Virus record (IMG/VR): IMGVR_UViG_3300008116_000004
Direction: 5' to 3' (one strand)
From: a virus
Length of the DNA: 64,000 bases
Part shown: piece after piece, positions 55,007 through 63,977 of the stretch
Position numbering within the stretch: the first letter of the stretch is position 1
How the letters are laid out: every line of letters starts with the position of its first letter
Position numbers and translations under genes: made by a program
The notes under the pieces: model-generated
What the model was told of the DNA's origin: nothing
What the model saw: the letters and a program-made list of their open reading frames with translations, nothing else
The model's database searches: none

Positions 55007-55444
55007 TTATTGTTTAGATGTTGCTCTTAACATCCATTGGTGTTTTCTATGAATTTCCATACGACCTTGAAGGAAATTGGAAAGACCTATCTCACCTGCT
55101 TCATTAGCAAGTTTATCTAATTCACCAATTAAAAACATCACTTTAGTATTATCTTCCATAGCAACTCTTATCATCTGACTAGCAGGGAGTGTTTCAAATT
55201 GATCACTTACTACACTGAGTGCTGAAAATCTACCTAGAGAACCAGGTGCATATGCTTGTAATGCTCTAAGATGCTCTGCATAATTATCTACACTACCATG
55301 AACATCTGAATAAAGATCACCAAATAATTCATGATATTGAGGGAAGTTTGGACCCTCTACATTCCAATGAAAGAAATGCAATTTAAGATAGAATGAAAAA
55401 TTAGATGCATGTAATATTTTTAGTTTTTCAATAAGCTGTTCCAT
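55007..55444 (-). CDS. dps: Dps-family ferritin-like protein
   Basis: HFFHWNVEG..F..YH.LF...Y....D..AE..R, H.K..WML. Confidence 0.9.
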   Translation of the reverse strand: MEQLIEKLKILHASNFSFYLKLHFFHWNVEGPNFPQYHELFGDLYSDVHGSVDNYAEHLRALQAYAPGSLGRFSALSVVSDQFETLPASQMIRVAMEDNTKVMFLIGELDKLANEAGEIGLSNFLQGRMEIHRKHQWMLRATSKQ

Positions 55445-55626
55445 TAAGTTCCTCCGTTGCCACCGCCGTTCCCGCCTCCGGAGCTTGAACTTTTACCTGG
55501 TGGGTGTCTTTCTATTTTACCTGATGCCATACGAATTCCTACCATAGGAGGATTCCATGTTTTTCTTTTTCCTGTAGTTCCAGCTGGAACTGATAATTCT
55601 GATATAAATTGTTTAAACGTTACCAC
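55444..55626 (-). CDS. Small putative internal head protein
   Basis: N-terminus MVTFKQFISE. Confidence 0.55.
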   Translation of the reverse strand: MVTFKQFISELSVPAGTTGKRKTWNPPMVGIRMASGKIERHPPGKSSSSGGGNGGGNGGT

Positions 55627-56000
55627 GCTTTACAACTCCAATATCTAGCTTTATGTCTAGGACCTGGACTATCACAATTATGTCTTGCACGGAATGATCT
55701 TCTACGTGCAGGTATATTCTTTTTAATTCTCATATTAGGATCACCAAAGTTAACCTTAACTACGTTACCTTTATCATTTCTAACGTAAACAGCTCTCTTT
55801 TTTGGTCCATCTGGTGTAAGGAATGGTTTACCTAATTTAACTTTACGTCCACCGTGTTCTGCTTCTTCTTCTATTTCGTTCCAGTCTTCGTAAAGCTCAT
55901 CACCTGATACAACAAAATCTTCTTCGATGAGTTCATGAATTTCCATTTCCTCATCTAATAGACAGCCATTTTCTTCTGAATGTTCTTTAAAGGTTTTCAT
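55620..56000 (-). CDS. DUF6321-like putative internal head protein
   Basis: MKTFKE start; GPKK..VYV..V.FGD..RRRSFRARH.C..ARYWSC. Confidence 0.7.
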   Translation of the reverse strand: MKTFKEHSEENGCLLDEEMEIHELIEEDFVVSGDELYEDWNEIEEEAEHGGRKVKLGKPFLTPDGPKKRAVYVRNDKGNVVKVNFGDPNMRIKKNIPARRRSFRARHNCDSPGPRHKARYWSCKAW

Positions 56001-56301
56001 TTTTATTTTTCTCTTTTACTATACCTTTATGAGATACATCATGCACTTTATATCCCATTTTATGGTATTTCATTTGTGTTTTAAAAATTGCATCGTGTTT
56101 ATTTTTAGCACGTATTTTATCTTTAAAGTATTCTTTATTACCATCTTTAGAAGCAGTAGTGTGTACCTTATGCTCTGGTTCTTGAAAGTTGGATATATCT
56201 TTAACCAGAACATTCTTTCTTTTTACTTTAAGTTCAGCAGTCTTCTGTCTTAAAGTAAGAGCTTCATTTAATTGATCTAAAAATTCTCTAAAAGTAATCA
56301 T
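55987..56301 (-). CDS. Putative internal head protein
   Basis: N-terminus MITFREFLDQLNE; Lys/His-rich. Confidence 0.6.
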   Translation of the reverse strand: MITFREFLDQLNEALTLRQKTAELKVKRKNVLVKDISNFQEPEHKVHTTASKDGNKEYFKDKIRAKNKHDAIFKTQMKYHKMGYKVHDVSHKGIVKEKNKNENL

Positions 56302-59300
56302 TTTACCTTACCCACATCAGTTCTTCTTCTTACTTTTTCTACTGCTTTATTTAATGTTTCGGATGCAACAGGTGTTTTACTTTTAATACCAGTAAGTGTT
56401 CTAATTTTGTTAACTTTACCAATCAGTTCATTAGATAGTTCATTGAGAGTTTCTTCATTTGTACTTTTCCAACCACCACCTTTTGATTTATACCATTTTG
56501 CAGCCCAGCCGTTAGCATATGCAGAAGGATATACATCAAACTTACTTTTTGCTAAAGCTTTAGCTCTTGACCATAATTCAGGGTTGGTAGGTTTATTTTT
56601 CTCGTTTATTATTTCTTCAGATACAGGGGGTATTTTGCTACGCAGTTTATCTAGAGGATCAGAACGAAGCATCTTTCCTCCGCTACCATCTAGATCTGCA
56701 TCACCTTTTTTTAATTTACCTGATCTTGTAAAATGAAAACCTTTAGGAGCACTCTTAGTTTCCTTTATATTATTTTCTTCTTTTTGAGGACCAGGATTTT
56801 TACCTTTTTTCTTACCTGCTTTAATTAGAGCAATTGCAATAGCAGCTTGTTGTGCAGGATTTGCTGCTTCAGATTGTGTTTTATTGAGATCTCTAATTGT
56901 TTTAAGATGAGGATCTTCAATATAAGAATGTTCTTTTTCTAAACCCATACGTTTAGCATTAGTCATAATAAGATCAGCGATATGCTCTGCTTTTTCTATA
57001 TCGTCTTTATCTGAGTGACCAATTGCTACCACTTGTTTTTCTAATCTAAACAGAAGATCATGTAACATCATATTCTCAACTGCAAGATGAGACATCTGTG
57101 TTTTATTTTCTATACCTGTGTACAATTTTACTGCACTTGGACATATATCAAAGTGCTTAGTAGTATAACTACCAAATGTAACCTGACCTGAAGGAGTCAT
57201 TTCTACTTCTTCTGTTCTTACGTTGATAGGTGCACCACCTTTACCAGGGCGGTCAGCTACTGGATCTTCTCTTCTTTTTCTACGTGCAGCTAATGCACGA
57301 TCATCTTTATCCATTGCTCTTGCTTTTGCAATAGGAAGACATTTTGGTTTACCTTCACCTGGTTCTCTTGCACAATCACCTTTAATATTACCTTTAGTGT
57401 CCATGCGGACCCATTTATCTTTAAACCACTGGCGGAGATCTTCTTTTACTTCTTTTTTTTTATTTTCTTTATCAATAATAGCCTGATAGTCTGCAGCGTT
57501 TTGCTTTAAAGCAGCTGCTGCAGTATCTATTTTCTTACCAATACCTGGTCTTGCTTTCTCTATTTTTTCCCACGGTGATTTATAACCTTTACCATATGCT
57601 TCTGATTTAAACATATCTGGAGTATAATCATTTACATTAGGTAACTTTAAAGGTATTTTTGATTTAAAATCTGGTATAGTAGCTTTTGGTAATTTTAAAG
57701 CCTGTTTAGCAGTATCATTTGAAGGTGATGACATGTTGCTAGGTGGACCTTTACCAAAAGATGCTTCTGGTTGTTCATCAATTATTTGCTTTTTAATAGC
57801 TTGATGACGATAAGGTCTATCATCTGTTTTACGATCTTCACCTTTTCTAACTACTAGATCTATATCTTTACGTTCTTGACCAGAACGAGGAACTGCTTCT
57901 CTATTTTTACCAAATTGCTCATCAAAAACATTATCTAGATCTTCTTTTACATTCTCTTTTGCAGCCATTTCTATTTCTTTATCTAACGCATCTTTTTCAC
58001 GCATTCTTTTAAAGAAATCAGGATTATATCTATTCTTTACTGCATTGACTGCAAGAGTAACATCATCTTCAACTGCTATTTCTTTTTTTGCTTCTTCTAT
58101 TTCTTTTTCACCGGGTGTATCGTTTTTGTATATTTTAGTCAAAGATGATGTACCCCATTCTCTTTTATGGGTGTTACTACGGTCTATATCTTCTATTACT
58201 ACATCATAAATTGCATTTAGAAATTCGTATGACTCTAATAGATTTGATATATCAAGATCTTCTTTTGTAAATCTTCTTGATTCTTTTTTTCTAACCTGAG
58301 GTACTAGTCTCATTGCTAGTCTACGGATTGCTGCTTTTCTCTTTGAAACAATGTTTTCTATTCTCTGTTTTTCTGCAGCAGAAAGAGATTCAGGATCACG
58401 ACCACCTGCTAGTTTTGATTTCATCTTTTTAATTGCAAGTTTACGTGCTCTGTTTGTAATAACTTTTGTATTTGCTCTTCTTAACATAGAGCGTTTTCTA
58501 GCTAATTCAATACGGCTTTGGTAGCGGCGCATAATCATTGCTCTCTTCATTCTTTGTTGAAGAGTAATTTCGTCTAGTTGTTCTTCTTCTGTAAACAACT
58601 CATCAAATAAATCGTCTAGATCTTCTTTAATGGATTTAATGTGATCAGCAATTTCTTCAGCATGTGAATGCAATGCTTTCGGAAGACCTGATTTAAATGC
58701 TTTCATATTACCTGATCTTGCATGTTCACGCATCTTAGTACCAGACATACCTTCAGTACCTTCTGCATCTGGATCTCTATGACCTGCAGAAACCACTTTA
58801 ATTGACTTAAAATTATAATGACCTTCTTTGCCGTTATACTGATGAAGTTTCTTATGATAATCATCTACACGGTCTGAACCCGCTACCATTACTAAATGAT
58901 GGTAACCAGCATCATGCAGTTTCTTAGCCTGATGTAAGAAGGATGGGTGTTCTTTATCAGAAGAAGATACAGAAGTAGTTGGTTTAACTACCTTCTTAAG
59001 ATAACCTACTTTTTTCTCTTTAGGAAGAGGATTCTTACCATTACCTTCAGAATGTGATGCAATAATATGTGCATCACCTTTATGTTCTGAAGCTACCGAT
59101 TCTACTTTATGAATAAGCTTTTCGTGTCCAACAGTAGGAGGGTTATAACGGCCAAATGCCATAACTGCTGTTTTCTCTTTTTCTTCTTGAATAGGATTAA
59201 TAGTGATTTGATCAGGTTTAGAACCAGTCATAGTTCTTGACTTGGAAATAACGTCTTTAACAACAGTAGTTTTAAGCTTTTTTGAGCTAACCTGTGTGTT

Positions 59301-59330
59301 TTGATTGTTGTCTTTATTCTGATCTGACAT
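56298..59330 (-). CDS. Cytidylyltransferase-like (HxGH) multi-module protein
   Basis: FGRYNPPTVGHEKL, GSDR, SAG.RDPD..MSGTKMR; later LRQWF..KW..KPKCLP and LW..AK..F.VYPSAYA..Y...GG (DUF5872-like) modules. Confidence 0.75.
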   Translation of the reverse strand: MSDQNKDNNQNTQVSSKKLKTTVVKDVISKSRTMTGSKPDQITINPIQEEKEKTAVMAFGRYNPPTVGHEKLIHKVESVASEHKGDAHIIASHSEGNGKNPLPKEKKVGYLKKVVKPTTSVSSSDKEHPSFLHQAKKLHDAGYHHLVMVAGSDRVDDYHKKLHQYNGKEGHYNFKSIKVVSAGHRDPDAEGTEGMSGTKMREHARSGNMKAFKSGLPKALHSHAEEIADHIKSIKEDLDDLFDELFTEEEQLDEITLQQRMKRAMIMRRYQSRIELARKRSMLRRANTKVITNRARKLAIKKMKSKLAGGRDPESLSAAEKQRIENIVSKRKAAIRRLAMRLVPQVRKKESRRFTKEDLDISNLLESYEFLNAIYDVVIEDIDRSNTHKREWGTSSLTKIYKNDTPGEKEIEEAKKEIAVEDDVTLAVNAVKNRYNPDFFKRMREKDALDKEIEMAAKENVKEDLDNVFDEQFGKNREAVPRSGQERKDIDLVVRKGEDRKTDDRPYRHQAIKKQIIDEQPEASFGKGPPSNMSSPSNDTAKQALKLPKATIPDFKSKIPLKLPNVNDYTPDMFKSEAYGKGYKSPWEKIEKARPGIGKKIDTAAAALKQNAADYQAIIDKENKKKEVKEDLRQWFKDKWVRMDTKGNIKGDCAREPGEGKPKCLPIAKARAMDKDDRALAARRKRREDPVADRPGKGGAPINVRTEEVEMTPSGQVTFGSYTTKHFDICPSAVKLYTGIENKTQMSHLAVENMMLHDLLFRLEKQVVAIGHSDKDDIEKAEHIADLIMTNAKRMGLEKEHSYIEDPHLKTIRDLNKTQSEAANPAQQAAIAIALIKAGKKKGKNPGPQKEENNIKETKSAPKGFHFTRSGKLKKGDADLDGSGGKMLRSDPLDKLRSKIPPVSEEIINEKNKPTNPELWSRAKALAKSKFDVYPSAYANGWAAKWYKSKGGGWKSTNEETLNELSNELIGKVNKIRTLTGIKSKTPVASETLNKAVEKVRRRTDVGKVK

Positions 59331-59371
59331 TATATTTCTCTTTTGAAATTGTTATTTTATATTTATTGTTC

Positions 59372-60724
59372 TTAATAAACTTCACGCCACTGCATGTTTA
59401 CACCGACATATGTCGAATTTGATGAAGAAAGATTGGTAGCAGTGACAACAAATACTTGTGAATTGTTGCTGTAGTAATTTTGAGCAATATAGTTCTTTTT
59501 AGCTGTACTTGGCATATTTGGATTTGTTATACCTGATGATGAGGTAGTAGAAGCAGCTCTTGGATTATTAGCAGCAGCAAATCCACCATCCATTACTTCA
59601 CCGTCATTATAATTAGTAGCTGTTGCATTATACTGTATACCACTAGAAGGATGAACATCCACCCAAGAACCACCTGTAATTACTGACGTATTTGCAAGTT
59701 TAATTACATCATATCTAACATTCTCATCAGTAGAAAGAATAGTAATATTGCCTAATCTTGCAATCATTCTGTTTGAATAGCCGTTGAAGGTATCCTTTAA
59801 TTTAATAGCCATAATCGGTGTTGTATTACCACCTGCAAGTAATCTTAGCCCACTATGCCATGCAAAATCTTGACCTGATTCTAGATAACCACCTTCAGAT
59901 ATTACTGTAGAACATATCTGATCCATATAAGCATTAGCTGTTCTTGTACCCGTATTAAATATCTCACATCTAATTGGTAGATTGGGACTACTCATATAAA
60001 CTTTATCTAGGTTGTTACTATTATAAAATTCATGAGCGGGTATAAACTTACCATCATGAACAAAACCAGTACGAACTCTACCAACACCCAGCCATTGAAA
60101 ATCTATAAAAACAATTTGTGTTTTAGTAATGTCAATATTAAAACCGGAAGGACCGTTTCCATCACAAGTATCTACATTCCAATCAGCCTGTGTAACTTTT
60201 CTGCTATCATCGGGTGAACCACCAGTATAAGTTCTAATACAAAAACTTATTTGACCGTTACCAGCTTGTTCAAAGTAAATACCGTTGTTATCATCATAAT
60301 AACCTGTGCGTTTAGTAACATTGGTATTTGCACCATAAAAATTAAAAGTAGTTTTAATTAACTGACTCTTGCCTGGCAAATATTGATGGTAGAATTTTGT
60401 CTGGTGAACAACGCTGCTGGTTGAATTGTTTGCAGTAGTAAGACGTGCACAAGCTTGATTAGGTAAAAAAGTTACTGTGCCGTTTGCTGCTAAAATATCT
60501 TCAAATGCAGGATCAATACCATAAAGATGTTTGTAATCACCTAAAGTAAATGCATCTGATGTTCTTAATCTACCAAATGCGTCTGATTGTCCTGCTTCTA
60601 ATGCTACTGGAAATCTATTATATTCATCATAAAAGGCACCATTACTATCAGCAGTCATTACGACTTCAAATATAGTATTACCGTCGGCTAAAAATCTTTT
60701 AGTATCGCGTCTATACTGAGCCAT
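59372..60724 (-). CDS. Probable virion structural protein
   Basis: DAFGRLR.S, Y.PGKSQ, D.QWLGVGRVR.GF; beta-rich. Confidence 0.6.
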   Translation of the reverse strand: MAQYRRDTKRFLADGNTIFEVVMTADSNGAFYDEYNRFPVALEAGQSDAFGRLRTSDAFTLGDYKHLYGIDPAFEDILAANGTVTFLPNQACARLTTANNSTSSVVHQTKFYHQYLPGKSQLIKTTFNFYGANTNVTKRTGYYDDNNGIYFEQAGNGQISFCIRTYTGGSPDDSRKVTQADWNVDTCDGNGPSGFNIDITKTQIVFIDFQWLGVGRVRTGFVHDGKFIPAHEFYNSNNLDKVYMSSPNLPIRCEIFNTGTRTANAYMDQICSTVISEGGYLESGQDFAWHSGLRLLAGGNTTPIMAIKLKDTFNGYSNRMIARLGNITILSTDENVRYDVIKLANTSVITGGSWVDVHPSSGIQYNATATNYNDGEVMDGGFAAANNPRAASTTSSSGITNPNMPSTAKKNYIAQNYYSNNSQVFVVTATNLSSSNSTYVGVNMQWREVY

Positions 60725-61258
60725 TTATTTTTTCCATGCTTTAGTAGCAGCAAAATTAGCTGCTGAAAACTCACCTCTATTGACTAATTTAATTGATCCA
60801 CCATTATGATGTGCAACATATCCTTCTGGATGTGTTTCTTTACCATCAATATGATGCTCCATTCCACCTTCAGTTTTATTCGCTTTGTTCAAACCATGAA
60901 CTAGAATATTTTTAGCAGCCTGAATATGATGGTGTAATTTTAATGCATTATCAAAATGCTTTTCATTCTCATCATGATGTTTAAGATCAGCATTCATTGT
61001 TTCTTTCTTCTTTGCTTTTGCAGTAGGAGTAGAAACACTATCGATTGCTTTTTGATGTCTTGCTTGAATATGTGAACGTAAACCTTTAGTAGTAGGCTTA
61101 TCACCAGATCTTACTGTTTGATTAATATATGTAGTAAGATGTTCTGAATGTTTATTTACAACATTATGGAAGTCATGAGGCATCTTATCATGTAATTCTT
61201 TTGCTTTTGCCATATGATGTTCAAAAGCATCAGATTGTTCTTTAGATAGATTACTCAT
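60725..61258 (-). CDS. DUF6267-like ligase-fold protein, C-terminal part
   Basis: PEGYV..IKLVNR.EFS.ANF (ligase motif IV/V-like). Confidence 0.65.
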   Translation of the reverse strand: MSNLSKEQSDAFEHHMAKAKELHDKMPHDFHNVVNKHSEHLTTYINQTVRSGDKPTTKGLRSHIQARHQKAIDSVSTPTAKAKKKETMNADLKHHDENEKHFDNALKLHHHIQAAKNILVHGLNKANKTEGGMEHHIDGKETHPEGYVAHHNGGSIKLVNRGEFSAANFAATKAWKK

Positions 61259-61902
61259 AGTTTAGCCTCAGGTGAAATTAAATGAACATCTTTATGCTGT
61301 TTAAAGTTATGATGATCTACATGAGGTGTAGCATGCATACCCTCTAGAGTCTTACCTTCATACTTTGTATGGACAGCAACTCCAATTTTTGAGTTAACAG
61401 CTTTCTTACCTTCTTCTGATCCTTTATGAATAGAATAGGTAATAGTATTTGGTTTAAAACTTACTTTGTGATCAGTATGATGCATCTCATCATGTGAGTG
61501 CATAAAGTCACCCTGGTAAACACCCTTCTTAGGAGTTACCTTAGGAAGATGTTCTAATGCTTGTCCTAATTTCTTTGCAAGACCAGGTGAATGACCGTGG
61601 TTCTTTTCTATATCTGAATGTGAATAATTAATCTTAGGATTCTTATTAAATGCTGACTTAGATGCAACGAAGAACTTACCTGACTCTGGATGATGTCCAA
61701 ATACTACAGAAGGTGAACCATCTAGTTTAGTTGTAATATGAGAAGAATGTTTTTGACCTTTTAATGCCTTATGAACATCATGTAAAGCATGAAATGCATG
61801 TGTAAAGCCTTGATGAGACAATACTGCATTATCTTCGGGGTGATCTAGATGCTTTAATTTAGCACCTGCTTCTTCTGTAATATAAGTTAAAAAAGTTAAC
61901 AT
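61255..61902 (-). CDS. DUF6267-like ligase-fold protein, N-terminal part
   Basis: HLDHPED, TKLDGSP (KxDG), FFV.SKS.FNK.PK, QGDFM, F.PNTITY. Confidence 0.7.
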   Translation of the reverse strand: MLTFLTYITEEAGAKLKHLDHPEDNAVLSHQGFTHAFHALHDVHKALKGQKHSSHITTKLDGSPSVVFGHHPESGKFFVASKSAFNKNPKINYSHSDIEKNHGHSPGLAKKLGQALEHLPKVTPKKGVYQGDFMHSHDEMHHTDHKVSFKPNTITYSIHKGSEEGKKAVNSKIGVAVHTKYEGKTLEGMHATPHVDHHNFKQHKDVHLISPEAKL

Positions 61903-61903
61903 T

Positions 61904-62581
61904 TTACTTCTTTAAGAATGATGGATCTTTCTCAAGATCATGTGATGACTTATCGGCATTTTTTAAACTCATAACAATAAGAGCACCGTATTTTCTCTTA
62001 CCAGTTGCTTTATCTGTGCTTCTTGCTTTCATACGTGCTCTAAGTTGTGTGTCACCAGATAGTTCAGGCACACCTGTTTTAGCAACATCTTTACCAGTAT
62101 GATAAGTTCCATGACCACCGATATGAATGTATGGTGTTTTTCTATCTTGACCATAATGAGCCTGAATACCTGCAGAACCTTTTTCTGTATGATACACATT
62201 ACCCATCTTAAGATCTTTGTGATAATCACCAGAAGGTTTACCCCATTGCTTATTCACATGATGGAGAAATCCTGACTTCTCAATATGTGCAGCTGTTGCA
62301 GGATATTTTTCTTTAGATTTTTCACTAATATGCCAACCCTTATCTGGGTGATGATGGAGTTCTAATTGACCCATCATAGCATTCTTATCTTTCTTAATTT
62401 CAAGATTATGATTTTTACCACCAACATGGATACTTGAATCTGGAGCATCACCACTCGAACCGGCAGATGTGTGTCCAGGTGTTAATACACCATGTTTTTC
62501 TAGATGCTTGTTAATCTTTTCTTCATAATCAAAGCCGCCTTTGGCATGTGCTTCTGTAATAAAAGAGAGGAAAGTATGCAT
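61904..62581 (-). CDS. PD-(D/E)XK nuclease-like His-rich protein
   Basis: GF.YE, PD.........EIK, YI.IGG.G.YH; start MHTFLSFITE after GGAGA. Confidence 0.55.
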   Translation of the reverse strand: MHTFLSFITEAHAKGGFDYEEKINKHLEKHGVLTPGHTSAGSSGDAPDSSIHVGGKNHNLEIKKDKNAMMGQLELHHHPDKGWHISEKSKEKYPATAAHIEKSGFLHHVNKQWGKPSGDYHKDLKMGNVYHTEKGSAGIQAHYGQDRKTPYIHIGGHGTYHTGKDVAKTGVPELSGDTQLRARMKARSTDKATGKRKYGALIVMSLKNADKSSHDLEKDPSFLKK

Positions 62582-62619
62582 AGGATTCTCCAGATAGTTT
62601 ATATGATATTTATCCAAAC

Positions 62620-62647
62620 AAAAAAGAGGGTATTTCTACCCTCTTTT
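62620..62647. terminator. Rho-independent terminator (bidirectional type)
   Basis: AAAAAAGAGGGTA-TTTC-TACCCTCTTTT. Confidence 0.75.
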
Positions 62648-62667
62648 CTAGGAGATTACTTGTAATA

Positions 62668-62883
62668 TTACAGTCCTATCATCTTAGAACTGTAACTAAA
62701 TGAACCTTTGAAATCAGTACGTAGCCATTCTTCTAGAATCTCGAAACGAAGAGCAGAATCAGACTCACCAGCATTCTCGAGATCAGTCTTTGCTTTCTTA
62801 CAGAATTCTACTAAAGACTTGTACGAAATCTTATCTGAATCTGAAAGAGCAGCCTTATGGGTCTTAGCATTACGTTGAAACAT
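62668..62883 (-). CDS. Hypothetical early protein
   Basis: GGAGG RBS, own promoter AG-TTGATT-N17-TATTAT (62939-62911), terminator after it. Confidence 0.7.
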   Translation of the reverse strand: MFQRNAKTHKAALSDSDKISYKSLVEFCKKAKTDLENAGESDSALRFEILEEWLRTDFKGSFSYSSKMIGL

Positions 62884-62943
62884 AGGAAAGCCTCCATTAC
62901 CTATAATATGATAATAGAGGCTTCTTATTAAAAAATCAACTGA

Positions 62944-63867
62944 TTAGTTTACACTTGAGAGAGTCTTCTTGACTTCTGCTTTCTGTGCAGCTGTCAATGG
63001 AATATAGTCAAGTGCTTCTGCATCCTTATCGTGTGCAAGTCCGTATTCAAAGAACTTCTTTGCAATTGCAACTGCAGCTGCATCATCGTTCTGCTTGTGC
63101 ATTACGATATATGAAGTTGCAACCATTGGCCAAGTTGACTGGAATGCTTTAAGACCTGGTGATACCTTCTTACCATCTGTACCAATCATATCAGCAACTT
63201 GTAGGTCGTTTTGCTTGGCAAATGCATACTCGACGTAACCGATCGAACCATTAGTTTGGTATACATTATTTGCAACACCATCATTTCCTTTACCACCGAT
63301 TGTGTTACCAGCCCATTCTACAGTTGAACCAAAACCGTAGTTCTTCTTCCAATCAGCATTTGCTTCAGAAAGAAACTTTGTGAAGTTCCAAGTTGTACCT
63401 GAACCATCTGAACGACGAATCTTAATGATACCGAGATCAGGAAGCTTTACGCCAGGATTGATTTCTGCAATTTCTTTATCATTCCACTTTGTAATTTTAC
63501 CTGAATAAATCTTTGCTAGGATGTCAGCAGTAAGAGTAAGGCGTTCTACATCTTTAAGATTAAAGATAGGAACGATACCACCAACGATCATAGGAAACTG
63601 TACTTGACCTTTCTTTTCAAGGTCTTCTGGCTTTACTGGAATGTCAGTTGCACCAAATATTACTGTCTTTGCATCAATCTGCTTGATACCTGCACCAGAA
63701 CCAACTCCCTGATAATTTACAGCGTTGTTAGTTTCTTTCTTAAAGCTATCTGCCCACTTTACATAAATTGGTTGTGGAAAAGTAGCACCTGCACCATTAA
63801 CTTCACCTGCAAAGGCTGAAGTAGCGATAAACATAGATCCGATTACGGCAAGAATGTTCTTTAACAT
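62944..63867 (-). CDS. pstS: Phosphate ABC transporter substrate-binding protein
   Basis: Signal peptide, GAGATFP, NYQ..GSGAG, FGATD, RSDGSGTT, GKGNDGV, IGYVEYA. Confidence 0.95.
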   Translation of the reverse strand: MLKNILAVIGSMFIATSAFAGEVNGAGATFPQPIYVKWADSFKKETNNAVNYQGVGSGAGIKQIDAKTVIFGATDIPVKPEDLEKKGQVQFPMIVGGIVPIFNLKDVERLTLTADILAKIYSGKITKWNDKEIAEINPGVKLPDLGIIKIRRSDGSGTTWNFTKFLSEANADWKKNYGFGSTVEWAGNTIGGKGNDGVANNVYQTNGSIGYVEYAFAKQNDLQVADMIGTDGKKVSPGLKAFQSTWPMVATSYIVMHKQNDDAAAVAIAKKFFEYGLAHDKDAEALDYIPLTAAQKAEVKKTLSSVN

Positions 63868-63885
63868 GTTAACTCCTGAGTTAAT

Positions 63886-63915
63886 AAAAAAGGGACGAGA
63901 TTTCTCCCGTCCCTT
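63886..63915 (-). terminator. Rho-independent terminator upstream of pstS
   Basis: AAGGGACGGGA-GAAA-TCTCGTCCCTT-TTTT. Confidence 0.7.
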
Positions 63916-63977
63916 ATATAGATCCCTAGTATGAAAGTTTTATGAAATTTCACGTTTTTATGAAAGATTTATAAAAC
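63915..63977 (-). promoter_or_regulatory. PhoB-type promoter with two Pho boxes
   Basis: ATTTCAT-AAAA-CTTTCAT (63948-63931) lies 10 bp from -10 TATATA (63920-63915); second box GTTTTAT-AAAT-CTTTCAT (63977-63960). Confidence 0.7.

Noticed and set aside
3794-63819. Many 60-170 aa ORFs antisense to or nested in long genes (e.g. 10013-10264, 27766-28128, 28342-28854, 56407-56736)
   Set aside because: Shadow frames of well-supported genes, with no RBS or motifs.
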